A DNA stretch of 58,687 nt from an uncultured Candidatus Saccharibacteria bacterium (GTDB taxonomy: Bacteria > Patescibacteriota > WWE3 > CAZQFB01). A program made the position numbers and the translations under genes. A model generated the notes under the pieces. The model searched no databases. It saw nothing but the letters and a program-made list of their open reading frames with translations, and was not told where the DNA came from. Below, piece by piece: positions 31,101 to 40,215 of the stretch. Within the stretch, counting starts at the first letter, position 1. Every line of letters starts with the position of its first letter. The DNA is taken from positions 1 through 58,687 of the forward strand of contig CAZQFB010000005.1 of NCBI GenBank assembly GCA_964592525.1, in the 5' to 3' direction.

Positions 31101-31405
31101 TTGGGATCTTTGGCTTTTAAAGTAGCTTTAAGTTGCCACGAAGCCGAATAGGTCAAACCCTTTTGCATCGCTTCTTCTAGAGAATATTTCTCCTTACCCA
31201 CTTTAGGTTCAGAAAAAGTCAATTCCCACCTCTTACCAGTATAATCCTCTATAGGATTAAACTCTTCCAGCACCTCTTTAATACCTTCAGCCAAAAATTT
31301 TTGGTAAGAGTCAGTTTGAACGCAGGCGAGATCAGGCAGCGGTAATATTTCGCGCTCTTTATTAAAAAAAATTCGCTCCTTCATTGAAGGCTGCTCTTTT
31401 TGCAT
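28124..31405 (-). CDS. rpoB: RNA polymerase beta subunit
   Basis: FIINGVERV, RALMASNMQTQAVP, GDKLAGRHGNKG, GGQRFGEME. Confidence 0.99.
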   Translation of the reverse strand: MQKEQPSMKERIFFNKEREILPLPDLACVQTDSYQKFLAEGIKEVLEEFNPIEDYTGKRWELTFSEPKVGKEKYSLEEAMQKGLTYSASWQLKATLKAKDPKNIPGTSAKSSIVYMGELPLMTERGTFIINGVERVIINQLLKSEGVYFEGEVDPVTKWRLSRAKILPKSGAWLEFSTSKKNILTVRVNRYRKVSATVLLRIFGLENDDLIRKTFADVNTNEERDYITASLEKDPSHNVDEAVIELFKKLRPGEPLVLDNARAVIQDMFFNPRRYNMGEVGRFKLNKTLNVESTEEAKLLSKEDLIGVIKEVIKLNNGEGEYSDIDNLANRRVKTVGELIQREMRVGLLQTEKHIKERMSLQSGEEGVPLPAILISPRPVEARIHSFFASNQLSQYHDQTNLLAGLDHLRRLSVAGPGGLSEERASFSVRDAHYSHYGRICAIRTPEGPKIGLVSYLALYARVNKYGFLETPYRKLEKAKNGHMRVTDEVVYLPAYEDCKYSITEASIRVDKQGYIIDALIPLRRRGEFYIGQAQEASYMDLVPRQLVGASSSLIPFVAHDDPSRALMASNMQTQAVPLIKTTAPLVGTGMERDIARNTGANIYASENGEITYVDAAKVELLGKSGKKYAYLLKKYIRTNNDTEFSQHPVVSLKQKIKKGDLLVDGPSTDQGELALGANLLCAYMAWYGYGYEDAIILSEKTVQDDLLSSIHISEHTVQVLETKLGPEEITRDIPNVSEESLRNLDNTGIVYLGAKVKSGDILVGKIAPKGETELTAEERLLRAIFGEKAREVRDNSLKMPHGEYGTVIGIKEISKEDNEELQAGVIKEISVRVAQIRKIMVGDKLAGRHGNKGVISKIVPVEDMPHLEDGTPIDIIIPAVNVIGRMNVGQLLENHLSLAARKNNLKYAVPVFEQFDESCLLEELKKASLPTSGKATLIDGRTGHKFDRDVVIGYPHILKLLHLSEDKIHARSTGPYSLITQQPLGGKAQFGGQRFGEMEVWALEAYSAGFVLQEMLTIKSDDLVGRTKAYRAIITGQPVPEPGIPESFKLLVRELNGLVLDIEPLGVVESDGEEDEDMGEKNKKEKAEEAAS

Positions 31406-31541
31406 AGCAGAACTAAATCTCCTCCATACTATCCGGTAGTATAGCTATAGTTGATAATTGTATTGTTTTGTGCAACCTGAAAATCCTATTACCCTAAAGG
31501 CCTTAGATTAATTAAGGTAGAGGTATTGCACGTGCTGGACA

Positions 31542-31570
31542 AACCTAACATAGCACTTTCCAGGTGTCAA
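31542..31570 (-). promoter_or_regulatory. putative sigma70 promoter for rpoB
   Basis: TTGACA (31570-31565), 17 nt, TGn-TAGGTT (31547-31542). Confidence 0.5.
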
Positions 31571-31616
31571 GATAATTTATTTACTCACTTAAAACCTATA
31601 TTAAAATACTTATAAC

Positions 31617-32456
31617 CTATAGGATGTGGCCTAGGGACTTGTCCAACTGGTACTTAATGTTAGTAGGGTGGAAAAGGGCTCGTGAATACTCAACTACTTC
31701 TACCGTTCTTTTATTTTTCATGTGATAGAGCTGGCACTTAAAACTAATTAAATCGATTAGATCCAGCGCAAAAGAAAACACTTTAAAATTCATCTGATTA
31801 GGACTGTTTACGCAATAATGCCTTTGCCAATTAGGAAAATAGCTCTTAAGTTGTTGGTTGCTATTGATAAAAGTTTCATAAGTTAACCTCTGGTTATATA
31901 CAGGTTTAAGTTGTGCTAATTCGTGTAACACATACGGAGAGTTGGTATTGAGGGCTAAATTGTCCGTACTTAACCAAATATTTGCACAGATCATATCCTC
32001 AATTTTATGGTCACTACGATACCAACCAAACAAGCGGAGAAAAAACACAATTAATGCTCTAGATAACCAGAGCCTACGAGGAGAAGTGATAATGAGTAAA
32101 TCAATATCGTCTTTTCTGTTAGCATTATTCATCGCCACTGATCCAGTTATCCCAACCATTTTTACCCAAGGAAGATAGCCAAAAAAACGAGCGGCTGTTT
32201 TAGCTCGGGATAATTTTAGAGGGGTACTTTTTTCTTTTTGAAGGCGCCAGGCTACTTTTTCTTGGCAAGAGGATAGTGCGTAATAACCGTGGTAGTAATC
32301 TAGCTTACCACGCGCAGTCAGGTGGGCTAAGGCTTTTTTTAACTGCGGCATAGAAATCGCTTCCGCTATTAAATATTGTTGAATTTCTTCCACTTTCAAG
32401 GGATATTGGAAAAAATCATAGTACCTGATAGAAGCAAGGATAGTCGCTAACTTCAT
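31617..32456 (-). CDS. conserved hypothetical protein with pol-beta-type nucleotidyltransferase motif
   Basis: GITGSVAM...DDIDLLII (GS plus DxD). N-terminal YYDFFQYPL..EEI..YL segment. Confidence 0.65.
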   Translation of the reverse strand: MKLATILASIRYYDFFQYPLKVEEIQQYLIAEAISMPQLKKALAHLTARGKLDYYHGYYALSSCQEKVAWRLQKEKSTPLKLSRAKTAARFFGYLPWVKMVGITGSVAMNNANRKDDIDLLIITSPRRLWLSRALIVFFLRLFGWYRSDHKIEDMICANIWLSTDNLALNTNSPYVLHELAQLKPVYNQRLTYETFINSNQQLKSYFPNWQRHYCVNSPNQMNFKVFSFALDLIDLISFKCQLYHMKNKRTVEVVEYSRALFHPTNIKYQLDKSLGHIL

Positions 32457-33136
32457 GGTGATAATTGAGCAGCGATTTTTGCCAGCACTAACTCAACACA
32501 TTCAGCTAAATTTAGGTTAGAGTTATCAAGAATAAAAGCTTGAGAAGGAACACGTAGCGGGTCAGCAGTTCTTTCTTTATCAAGTTTATCTCTTTTATTA
32601 ATCGCCTGGGTTATTTCTGCCAAGCTTTGCGGAGAAGCAGAGTGTTTTTGCTCCTTAAACCTTCTAAGTGCTCTCACAGCTATAGGTGCTGTTAAATATA
32701 CTTTCAGGGTCGCTTGCGGTACATAAGTTGTCCCGGCATTTCGCCCTTCCACTACTAAACCCTGCCCCTGGACCGTCTTAGTTAACTGACCCACTAATTT
32801 TTGTATTGTTTTATTTTGCGCCAATTGTGAGGCCTTCTCTGTCACCGCAGCTGTTCTCAACTCCTGACTAAGTTGAAGACCATCAACCAATACTTTAATT
32901 TCACCACCTCTTTTTTCAGGGGTATGCAAGCTGATCCGATTTTTTATTTCCTTAGCTGTTAATATCTTGTCTTTAGTCATATGAATAAAAGCAATAGCTC
33001 TAAAGATATGACCGGTGCTTAAAAAGGGCACTCTCAAGCTGTCAGCTAAAGCTTTCGCTAAGGAAGTTTTTCCGGAAGCTGCGGGGCCATCTATTGTCAC
33101 AGTTATTTTTGGCTTAATGGGCAAGAAGTTTTTCAT
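32453..33136 (-). CDS. cmk: cytidylate kinase
   Basis: IDGPAASGKT, STGHIFRA, VEGRNAGT, KVYLTA..VRALRR, RDKLD. Confidence 0.9.
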   Translation of the reverse strand: MKNFLPIKPKITVTIDGPAASGKTSLAKALADSLRVPFLSTGHIFRAIAFIHMTKDKILTAKEIKNRISLHTPEKRGGEIKVLVDGLQLSQELRTAAVTEKASQLAQNKTIQKLVGQLTKTVQGQGLVVEGRNAGTTYVPQATLKVYLTAPIAVRALRRFKEQKHSASPQSLAEITQAINKRDKLDKERTADPLRVPSQAFILDNSNLNLAECVELVLAKIAAQLSP

Positions 33137-33524
33137 TTAAGGCTTTATTGACCAAACTATCAGCAATTCTATTTTTTTCTCGCGGCACATGGTCATAGAT
33201 CACCTGGGGTATACTTTGGGCTAGATGCATAGCTTTTGCAGCTAAAACCTGAAGACGGTGGTTTTTAATGCGATATTGCCCTTGAAGTTGTTTGACGATG
33301 AGTTCCGAATCAAGGTAACAATTAAGTCGGGTTACGGGATATGTGGTAGCTATTTCCAGCCCTTTAATTAAAGCCAAGTATTCAGCTTCATTATTTGTTT
33401 TATGACCAATATACTCACTAAATTCACCCAGAATACTGCCATCCTGCTTTAAAAGTTGTCCGCCGACTGCTGCCGGACCGGGGTTCCCTCTTGAGCCACC
33501 ATCAGTAAATAAACAAGCCTCCAT
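33114..33524 (-). CDS. rnhA: ribonuclease HI
   Basis: TDGGSRGNPGPAA, TNNEAEY, DSELIVKQLQGQY, HVPREKN..AD. ATG 33524. Confidence 0.93.
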   Translation of the reverse strand: MEACLFTDGGSRGNPGPAAVGGQLLKQDGSILGEFSEYIGHKTNNEAEYLALIKGLEIATTYPVTRLNCYLDSELIVKQLQGQYRIKNHRLQVLAAKAMHLAQSIPQVIYDHVPREKNRIADSLVNKALNEKLLAH

Positions 33525-33525
33525 A

Positions 33526-34125
33526 TTAAGTACAATTGCCTTTAAAATAAGCACGCCCGCTCAAAAATAACAGGCCCACCAAAAAAGACCAGGCGGATCC
33601 CAGAGAAAGATATATCCACAGGGGCATTTTACCCATAAAAACTACTGGCGCACCAACAATTAAATAACGATAAGAGGACTCTCCATAATCTTGAGACATT
33701 ACAACTTGACCAACCTCCGCGACAATTTCGTTAAGCTGACTCGTGGCTGAAACATTATCTCTTCTAGTTAAAGAGACCTCCACCACATTAGTCGCTACTA
33801 CCTTAGCGGTAAGATCCTTTTTCAAGCTTTCCAATTCTTTTACCGAAAGTTCTGGGTAAAGACTGGCAAGTAAAGAAACGCTAGTTATCAAGGAAGACAC
33901 GTTATCAGCCATTCCTCGTCCTGCTAACTGGGCATAGTATCCATCGTAAGAAAAGTTTTCCGCCTCAAACTCGGCAGGGCGAGAAACAAAAACTGTTAAA
34001 TGAGCAGAGTAACTTTCTGGAATTACTTGGTACGCCAGGTAACCAAGCACACATCCTAATATTATTAAGGCCAGTAAGAAAGATCTAAAGCGAGTATAAA
34101 AAATAATGAGTTGACGAAGTTCCAT
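33526..34125 (-). CDS. Wzz/YveK-like polysaccharide chain-length or co-polymerase-type membrane protein
   Basis: MELRQL start, N- and C-terminal TM helices flanking a soluble loop, and a YSA..TVFV strand after TM1. Confidence 0.55.
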   Translation of the reverse strand: MELRQLIIFYTRFRSFLLALIILGCVLGYLAYQVIPESYSAHLTVFVSRPAEFEAENFSYDGYYAQLAGRGMADNVSSLITSVSLLASLYPELSVKELESLKKDLTAKVVATNVVEVSLTRRDNVSATSQLNEIVAEVGQVVMSQDYGESSYRYLIVGAPVVFMGKMPLWIYLSLGSAWSFLVGLLFLSGRAYFKGNCT

Positions 34126-34167
34126 TGTTTGTATCAATTTCTTGCATTGTCTAAAACACAGCCCGCC

Positions 34168-34196
34168 TTGTCAAACAATAAGGGCTCAACTATGAT
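34168..34196 (+). promoter_or_regulatory. sigma70 promoter for the epimerase-DUF4012 gene
   Basis: TTGTCA (34168-34173), 17 nt, TATGAT (34191-34196). Confidence 0.55.
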
Positions 34197-34230
34197 GAAT
34201 ACAGCTTTAGCTCTCCAAGCATAAAAGAAA

Positions 34231-37188
34231 ATGTCAGATAGTAACAGGAACAAGAGATCAGTAGTTGTGATCACAGGCAGTGCTCGTTTTTTAGGAGCAG
34301 CTGTGGCCAAAAAATTAAGCGATCAAAAAAAACAGTTAATTTTACTCGACAATCTGTCTGTGGGTGATTACCAAAATATCAGAATGCTCACTAGCCAAAG
34401 TAACGTTACTTTCATTAACACAGATATCACTAAAGGAATACCGCAATCAATCAGAGAGGTTGAGTATATTCTCCATTTAGCAGCCACTAATGTTAATTAT
34501 GGGAAGACTCCGCTCTCTAATGTTTACGACTTAAGTACTAATTCAACCGGAACGCAAAATTTATTGGAACTGGCGGAAAGAACAGGAGCTCGTTTTGTTT
34601 ATGCTTCCAGCATATTATTATATCGTTCACCTGTTGAAGATATTAGAAGAACGGTTAAGGAAGAAATATCTTTGTATGCTCACTTAGATGCCAAAAGATT
34701 TGGTGAGTCTTTAGTGCAAGAATATGGTGCTTTAAAAAATATAGACACCCGCATTGTCAGATTACCGCATCTTTATGGTTTAGGAATGAATTTGGCTAAC
34801 GACCAACCACTGGGCAGTATTCTTGAGCGATTAGTCCAAGAAGATGAGTTGGTTCTGCGGGGTGATGGCACAGATAAACATTATTATCTTCATATTAACG
34901 ATGCTGCAGACGGTTTAATTAGAGCCACCTTATCTCCCAAAGGAAAAGGTTTAATCATACCGCTAGTTACACCGAAGCAAGTAACACAACTCGATATCGT
35001 CAAAACGCTATCTGTTTTATTAGATAAAAAAATCATTGATGAGACCAAAGCAGCAAATTATCACGACCACTTCACGCCCATTGATAATCGAGAAACTTTA
35101 GAGATTATTGGCTGGGAACCAATTGTCTCTTTAAAAGAAGGTCTGACTGACACCATCAGAGATTTACAAAAAGCTAAGGCTGCCGATGAGTACTCAACTC
35201 CAGTAAAACAAATCACTGCAAAAAAAGAAAAACAGGCGAAATTTAAACCAACCTCTCTTTTAAAAATAAAAAAGCTCCCTAGTAACAAAATAAAGTTGCG
35301 CAAAGTACCGAAAATTAAAAGGGCAAAACTCTTACCCTTTTTAATTCTATCTTTTATCATAGGCTGTTTACTAGCACCTCCCAGCACCATTATTTACCAC
35401 ACGAGCAAAGGTGTTAAATATCTTACGGCAGCGCAAAATTCGCTGCAGGTTCTTGATTTTGACGAGGCTACCAATAAAGGAAACCTAGCCAAAAGTCATT
35501 TCCGCAAAGCAACCAAATCAGTGCAATTATTAACGAAAATAACCAATCCTCTTCATCGTTTTAACCAACTCCAGCTGACTAAGAGATTACTAACTGCCAG
35601 TAATTTGGCCGCCACTGCTTTAATCAGTAGCTGTGAGGGGGCTAGTATCATTACCGAACCATTACTGGCCACCCTACCAACGCTAGCCACCGGCACACCA
35701 CCAGAAAAGCCTATTACTTTAAGCAATATTCAAACGGCCAGCTCCCACTTGAAACTCGCAAAAAATAGTCTAGCTTTAGCGGAAGCCGAATTAAAAACCA
35801 TTAATTCTCAAAAATTACCGGAAATACTAGCAAGTAAGGCTGAAGAAACAGCTCAAGATATCTTAACCGCCAGACATCAAATAAGTAATTTCTTAACGAT
35901 AACCCAATCACTACCAGCTCTTCTAGGCTTTAATCAACCAACAACGTTATTGATCTTGTTACAGAACTCTAATGAGCTTAGAGCTAGTGGGGGGTTTATT
36001 GGTTCTTTTGCGCAAGTTAAGTTTGAAAACGGCTATATTGCCGAATTAAGAATAGACGATATTTATAATCCAGATGGTGCTTTAATTGAACAAGATATAA
36101 AAATTGATCCTCCAGAACCAATTAAGAATATTTTAGGCCAACCACGTTGGTTTTTAAGAGATGCCAATTGGGATGCTGATTTCACCGAAGCAGTAGAAGA
36201 TATTAGGCAATTTTATCTGTTAGAAACAGGTGTCTCTCTGGATGGTGTCCTCGCTATTGATTTATTCGCTATGGAAAACTTACTCAAGGTAATTGGTCCT
36301 TTAAAACTCTCCACGTACAACGAAGAAATTACGCAAGATAATTTATTTGAAAAAACAGAGCTTTATAGTGAAGCCGGTTTTTTACCTGGAGCAAACTATA
36401 AGAAAACCTTTATTGCTGCTCTTGGTCAACAAATGGTTAATGGGCTGGCTCAAATGGATAAGGTTCAGTATGCCCAACTAATATCCACTCTAAATCAAAC
36501 GCTCAATGAAAAACATATCCTCCTAAATTTTAAAATCCCAACACTCCAGACACTCGCGCTAGACAACAATTGGGCTGGAGAGATTAAAGGCATAAAGACT
36601 GATTTTGTCTATGTAGTGGATAGTAATTTAGGTGCTAACAAAGTGGATTATTACATTACCAGAACAAAAAGCTATGAGGTGTCACAAGATAGCCGGGAAG
36701 GAACCATGGCCGGAAAAATCATTTTAAATTATATTCATACTGGCACTTCAACTGCTTGGCCTGGTGGTAAATATAATAATTTTGTACGAATACTAGTACC
36801 GGAAGGAAGTCGTCTCACACAAGCTAGCCAGACGAGAAGTGATCTAGAAGAAAAAAATACAGATATCACTGAAACCATTACCATCAGCACGGAAGCAGGA
36901 AAAACTGTTTTTGCGCGCTTAATAGAACTTGATCCCGGTCAAAGCGTCACGCTCACACTCACTTACTTATTACCACCCCAGTTGGCAATAACCCCAGATA
37001 AAAAAGCCTATAATTTAACGGTGGTCAAGCAGCCAGGAATCAACGAGCAACCACTCTTAGTTACAATAATCACTCCTTTTGGTCGAGAAGTAAGTCAGAC
37101 TCTTCCCTCAATGGATAAGATAGGTAATAACTATCGATTATCTATTAACCAGAGGGAAGACTTGCAGTTATCCGTCGCATTAAACTAA
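34231..37188 (+). CDS. NAD-dependent epimerase/dehydratase-like domain, TM helix and extracellular DUF4012 domain (fusion)
   Basis: N-terminal extended-SDR features (VVITG, LLDNLSVG, ILHLAA, NSTGTQNLLELA). TM near aa 370. LLQNSNELRASGGFIGS, DIYNPDG and LRDANWDADF DUF4012 motifs. Confidence 0.8.
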   Translation: MSDSNRNKRSVVVITGSARFLGAAVAKKLSDQKKQLILLDNLSVGDYQNIRMLTSQSNVTFINTDITKGIPQSIREVEYILHLAATNVNYGKTPLSNVYDLSTNSTGTQNLLELAERTGARFVYASSILLYRSPVEDIRRTVKEEISLYAHLDAKRFGESLVQEYGALKNIDTRIVRLPHLYGLGMNLANDQPLGSILERLVQEDELVLRGDGTDKHYYLHINDAADGLIRATLSPKGKGLIIPLVTPKQVTQLDIVKTLSVLLDKKIIDETKAANYHDHFTPIDNRETLEIIGWEPIVSLKEGLTDTIRDLQKAKAADEYSTPVKQITAKKEKQAKFKPTSLLKIKKLPSNKIKLRKVPKIKRAKLLPFLILSFIIGCLLAPPSTIIYHTSKGVKYLTAAQNSLQVLDFDEATNKGNLAKSHFRKATKSVQLLTKITNPLHRFNQLQLTKRLLTASNLAATALISSCEGASIITEPLLATLPTLATGTPPEKPITLSNIQTASSHLKLAKNSLALAEAELKTINSQKLPEILASKAEETAQDILTARHQISNFLTITQSLPALLGFNQPTTLLILLQNSNELRASGGFIGSFAQVKFENGYIAELRIDDIYNPDGALIEQDIKIDPPEPIKNILGQPRWFLRDANWDADFTEAVEDIRQFYLLETGVSLDGVLAIDLFAMENLLKVIGPLKLSTYNEEITQDNLFEKTELYSEAGFLPGANYKKTFIAALGQQMVNGLAQMDKVQYAQLISTLNQTLNEKHILLNFKIPTLQTLALDNNWAGEIKGIKTDFVYVVDSNLGANKVDYYITRTKSYEVSQDSREGTMAGKIILNYIHTGTSTAWPGGKYNNFVRILVPEGSRLTQASQTRSDLEEKNTDITETITISTEAGKTVFARLIELDPGQSVTLTLTYLLPPQLAITPDKKAYNLTVVKQPGINEQPLLVTIITPFGREVSQTLPSMDKIGNNYRLSINQREDLQLSVALN

Positions 37189-37231
37189 GCGCTTTGCAGC
37201 AAGTAGTGAAAATGTTAAGATACCTCCCGCG

Positions 37232-37921
37232 ATGAACAAAACAAAAGTACAGGTTAGTAACAGAAAACTCGTTGGTAAAAAAGTAAAGCAACTCCGCAAA
37301 CAAAATCAAATCCCGGGGGTTATTTTTGGTATGGGAAAAAAATCAGAGCCAATTTCAATAACTAGCCAGGAGTTGAATCGACTTTACGAAACAGCTGGAG
37401 AAAGTGGTCTGTTAGAACTGGAGGTTAACGGGGGTCAGCTTGTTAATGCCATAATCTCCGAGGTGCAAAAACACCCTTTAACTGAACAACTAATCCATGT
37501 TAATTTCCGTCAAGTCAATCTGACCGAAAAGATAAGCACCAAAGTCCCGGTTGTCCTGGAAGGAGAAGCGCCTATTGTTAAAACGGGTGAGGGCATCGCA
37601 CTTCACCTGCTTAATGAAATTGAAGTTACTTGCTTACCTCAAGATATTCCGCATGAAATCAGGGTAGATATTACCACGCTTACGCAAATAGATGCTGCCC
37701 TCCAAGTAAAAGATCTCCCTATTGATCACACAAAAGTTCAACTTGAGGCCGATCCTGAAGATTTCGTAGTGAAAATTGATTATGCTCAACAACCAGAAGA
37801 AATAGAGGAGGCAGAGATAAGTGAGGCTGACCTGGTTGGTGGGGTGGAAGCAACCCGTGAAACCGCTCTAGACGGTGATGAGAACACCGCTGAAAGCGAA
37901 ACCCTAGAGAAGGAAAGCTAA
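37232..37921 (+). CDS. rplY: 50S ribosomal protein L25 / Ctc (long form, acidic tail)
   Basis: VKQLRKQNQIPGVIFG, VQKHPLTEQLIHVNF, VPVVLEGEAP, CLPQDIP. Confidence 0.95.
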   Translation: MNKTKVQVSNRKLVGKKVKQLRKQNQIPGVIFGMGKKSEPISITSQELNRLYETAGESGLLELEVNGGQLVNAIISEVQKHPLTEQLIHVNFRQVNLTEKISTKVPVVLEGEAPIVKTGEGIALHLLNEIEVTCLPQDIPHEIRVDITTLTQIDAALQVKDLPIDHTKVQLEADPEDFVVKIDYAQQPEEIEEAEISEADLVGGVEATRETALDGDENTAESETLEKES

Positions 37922-40180
37922 CTATAATTCTTTAGGCCAGGGAGAAACCATCAATAACTCACTGCCAAACCACTGGGGCAGATCGTTTTTAAAATCCTGA
38001 TACAAGCGCTCTGTTACATGTGGCATAAAGGGATGCAGTATTGAAAGTTGGTTTGAAAAAACCTTGACCAAAGTCCACTGAGCTGCACGGGCAGAAGCGT
38101 CTTCGCTTTTTAATCTAGCTTTAACTGCTTCCAGATAACTAGAGGCAAAGGTATTCCACACAAAATCATAGCTCTCTTGCAGGGCATCTGAAAGCTTGCA
38201 GTTCTCAAACAATTCTGTCGTGCTGTTAACAACCTTAGTACTTTCTGTAAGAATGACCTTGTCTTCTGCTGCTAGCTGCGGTGGCTCTGGGGGGAGATTC
38301 TCCGCAAGATTCATTCTGATAAAGCGAGCAATGTTATAAACCTTATTCACAAAATTTCTCATTCCTCTCACCTTAGCCTCTCCCAAAGTTTGGTCATTAC
38401 CAACCCCAGTACCATAAATCATCGCCATTCTTAAGGAATCGGCACCAAATTCCTCAATCAGTTCTAACGGGTCAATGGCATTATCTAAGCTTTTACTCAT
38501 TTTTCTCCCCTTGTCGTCTCTAATTAGACCGTGCAGATATACTTTTTTAAAGGGAACTTCACCAATTAAAAACCCCGACATTAAAATCATCCGCGCTACC
38601 CAGAAAAACAAAATGTCGTAACCGGTTTCAAGTACAGAAGTCGGGTGGTAAGTTGCTAACTCACTTGTGTTTTCTGGCCAACCCATGGTAGAGAAGGTCC
38701 ACAAACCACTGCTAAACCAAGTATCTAAAGTGTCTGGGTCTTGGACCACCTCTCCTCCACAATTAGGACATTGGCTAAGAGACTCTACACTAACTACTGC
38801 TGATCCACACTCATTGGCACCTGAATTTTTTGGATTGGTGCTTCCCTGTTTACAGTAGTAAACTGGGATCCTGTGACCGTACCAAAGTTGCCTACTAATA
38901 CACCAGTCCTTTAAATTATCAACCCAATGGAAATACTGCTTGGTAAACCTACCCGGCAAGATTTCTATCTGACCATTTTTTACCACCTCCTGCATAAGTT
39001 CCTTAAGAGTCACCTCATCGCCTTGTTTGAGATTATGTAACTTGGATTTTTGAATTTGAAATTTTTTATCCACGGAAATAAACCACTGTTCAAGTATCTG
39101 TGGTTCAATAAGACCACCACCTCTGGAATTAACCGCAATACGGTGCGTATAATCAGTTTCTGTTTTAACTAGAAGACCCTTTTCCCTTAATTTTTCAATA
39201 ATTTTAGGTCGGGCGTCCAAAATACCCATCCTTGCAAAATCACCCGCTACCGCCATTAACTTTCCTTGCTTATCAATGATCTGTTCTTTATCAAGCTGGT
39301 ATTTTTCGCTAAGCTGGAAGTCGGTTTCGTCGTGCCAGGGGGTTATTGTCATCACCCCAGTTCCAAAAGACATGTCAATTATTTCGTCTTTAATAACAAT
39401 AGCTTCAACTTCTCCATTAATCCAAGAAGCATTGATTTTTTGACCGTGTCGGTAGTCTTTATACCGACCATCTTGAGGGTGCATCACCACATACTTGTCG
39501 CCAAACTTAGTTTCTGGTCTAGCCGTAGCTATAGTAAAGGGTCCGTATTTTAGGTAATAAAGAGGAGTTTTTTCCTCAATGTATACAACCTCATCATCAG
39601 AAACGGTTGTTTGAAGTTTGGGATCCCAATTGACTATTCGTTTACCACGATAAATCAAACCAGCCTCGTACATCCTTTTGAAAGCTTCTCTAACCGCCAA
39701 AGATCTTTGCTCATCCAAGGTATAGGCTTCACGCGTCCAATCCAGAGAAGAACCCATTCTTTTAACTTGGTTGACTATGGTATTGTGACTAACAGAGGCA
39801 TATTTTTCCACTTTTCTGACAAACTTTTCCCTTCCCAGATCATCTTTAGTTTTTTTGTCTTCTTCCCATAAAATCTTTTCAACTTTAGCTTGGGTGGCAA
39901 TAGCTGCATGATCAGTCCCCGGCACCCACAGCGTTTTTCTACCCCGCATCCTGTTAAAACGAACCATGGCGTCCTCAATCGCCAACATTAAAGCGTGCCC
40001 GGTGTGCAGGGTACCAGTCACATTTGGTGGGGGAAGCACTATAGAAAAAGGTTCCGCCTCTGTTTGGGTAATCCCTTTTTCTAAGCATTTGTCGGGATTA
40101 AAATAACCACTCTGCTCCCAAAGCGAATAAATCTCGCTCTCAATCTCTGTTGGGTTGTATGGTTGATAGTCTTTATTCAT
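37922..40180 (-). CDS. valS: valine--tRNA ligase (no C-terminal coiled coil)
   Basis: PPPNVTGTLHTGHA, GTDHAAIATQ, DWCISRQLWYGHRIP, DTLDTWFSS, KMSKS. Confidence 0.97.
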   Translation of the reverse strand: MNKDYQPYNPTEIESEIYSLWEQSGYFNPDKCLEKGITQTEAEPFSIVLPPPNVTGTLHTGHALMLAIEDAMVRFNRMRGRKTLWVPGTDHAAIATQAKVEKILWEEDKKTKDDLGREKFVRKVEKYASVSHNTIVNQVKRMGSSLDWTREAYTLDEQRSLAVREAFKRMYEAGLIYRGKRIVNWDPKLQTTVSDDEVVYIEEKTPLYYLKYGPFTIATARPETKFGDKYVVMHPQDGRYKDYRHGQKINASWINGEVEAIVIKDEIIDMSFGTGVMTITPWHDETDFQLSEKYQLDKEQIIDKQGKLMAVAGDFARMGILDARPKIIEKLREKGLLVKTETDYTHRIAVNSRGGGLIEPQILEQWFISVDKKFQIQKSKLHNLKQGDEVTLKELMQEVVKNGQIEILPGRFTKQYFHWVDNLKDWCISRQLWYGHRIPVYYCKQGSTNPKNSGANECGSAVVSVESLSQCPNCGGEVVQDPDTLDTWFSSGLWTFSTMGWPENTSELATYHPTSVLETGYDILFFWVARMILMSGFLIGEVPFKKVYLHGLIRDDKGRKMSKSLDNAIDPLELIEEFGADSLRMAMIYGTGVGNDQTLGEAKVRGMRNFVNKVYNIARFIRMNLAENLPPEPPQLAAEDKVILTESTKVVNSTTELFENCKLSDALQESYDFVWNTFASSYLEAVKARLKSEDASARAAQWTLVKVFSNQLSILHPFMPHVTERLYQDFKNDLPQWFGSELLMVSPWPKEL

Positions 40181-40215
40181 AGAAACGGCTTGATATTAGC
40201 ATAGTACCTTAATAA

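Noticed and set aside
24419-31405. Inteins or introns in rpoB, rpoC or dnaA
   Set aside because: The frames are continuous and lengths normal. The beta' N-terminal insert is coiled-coil-like with no intein motifs.
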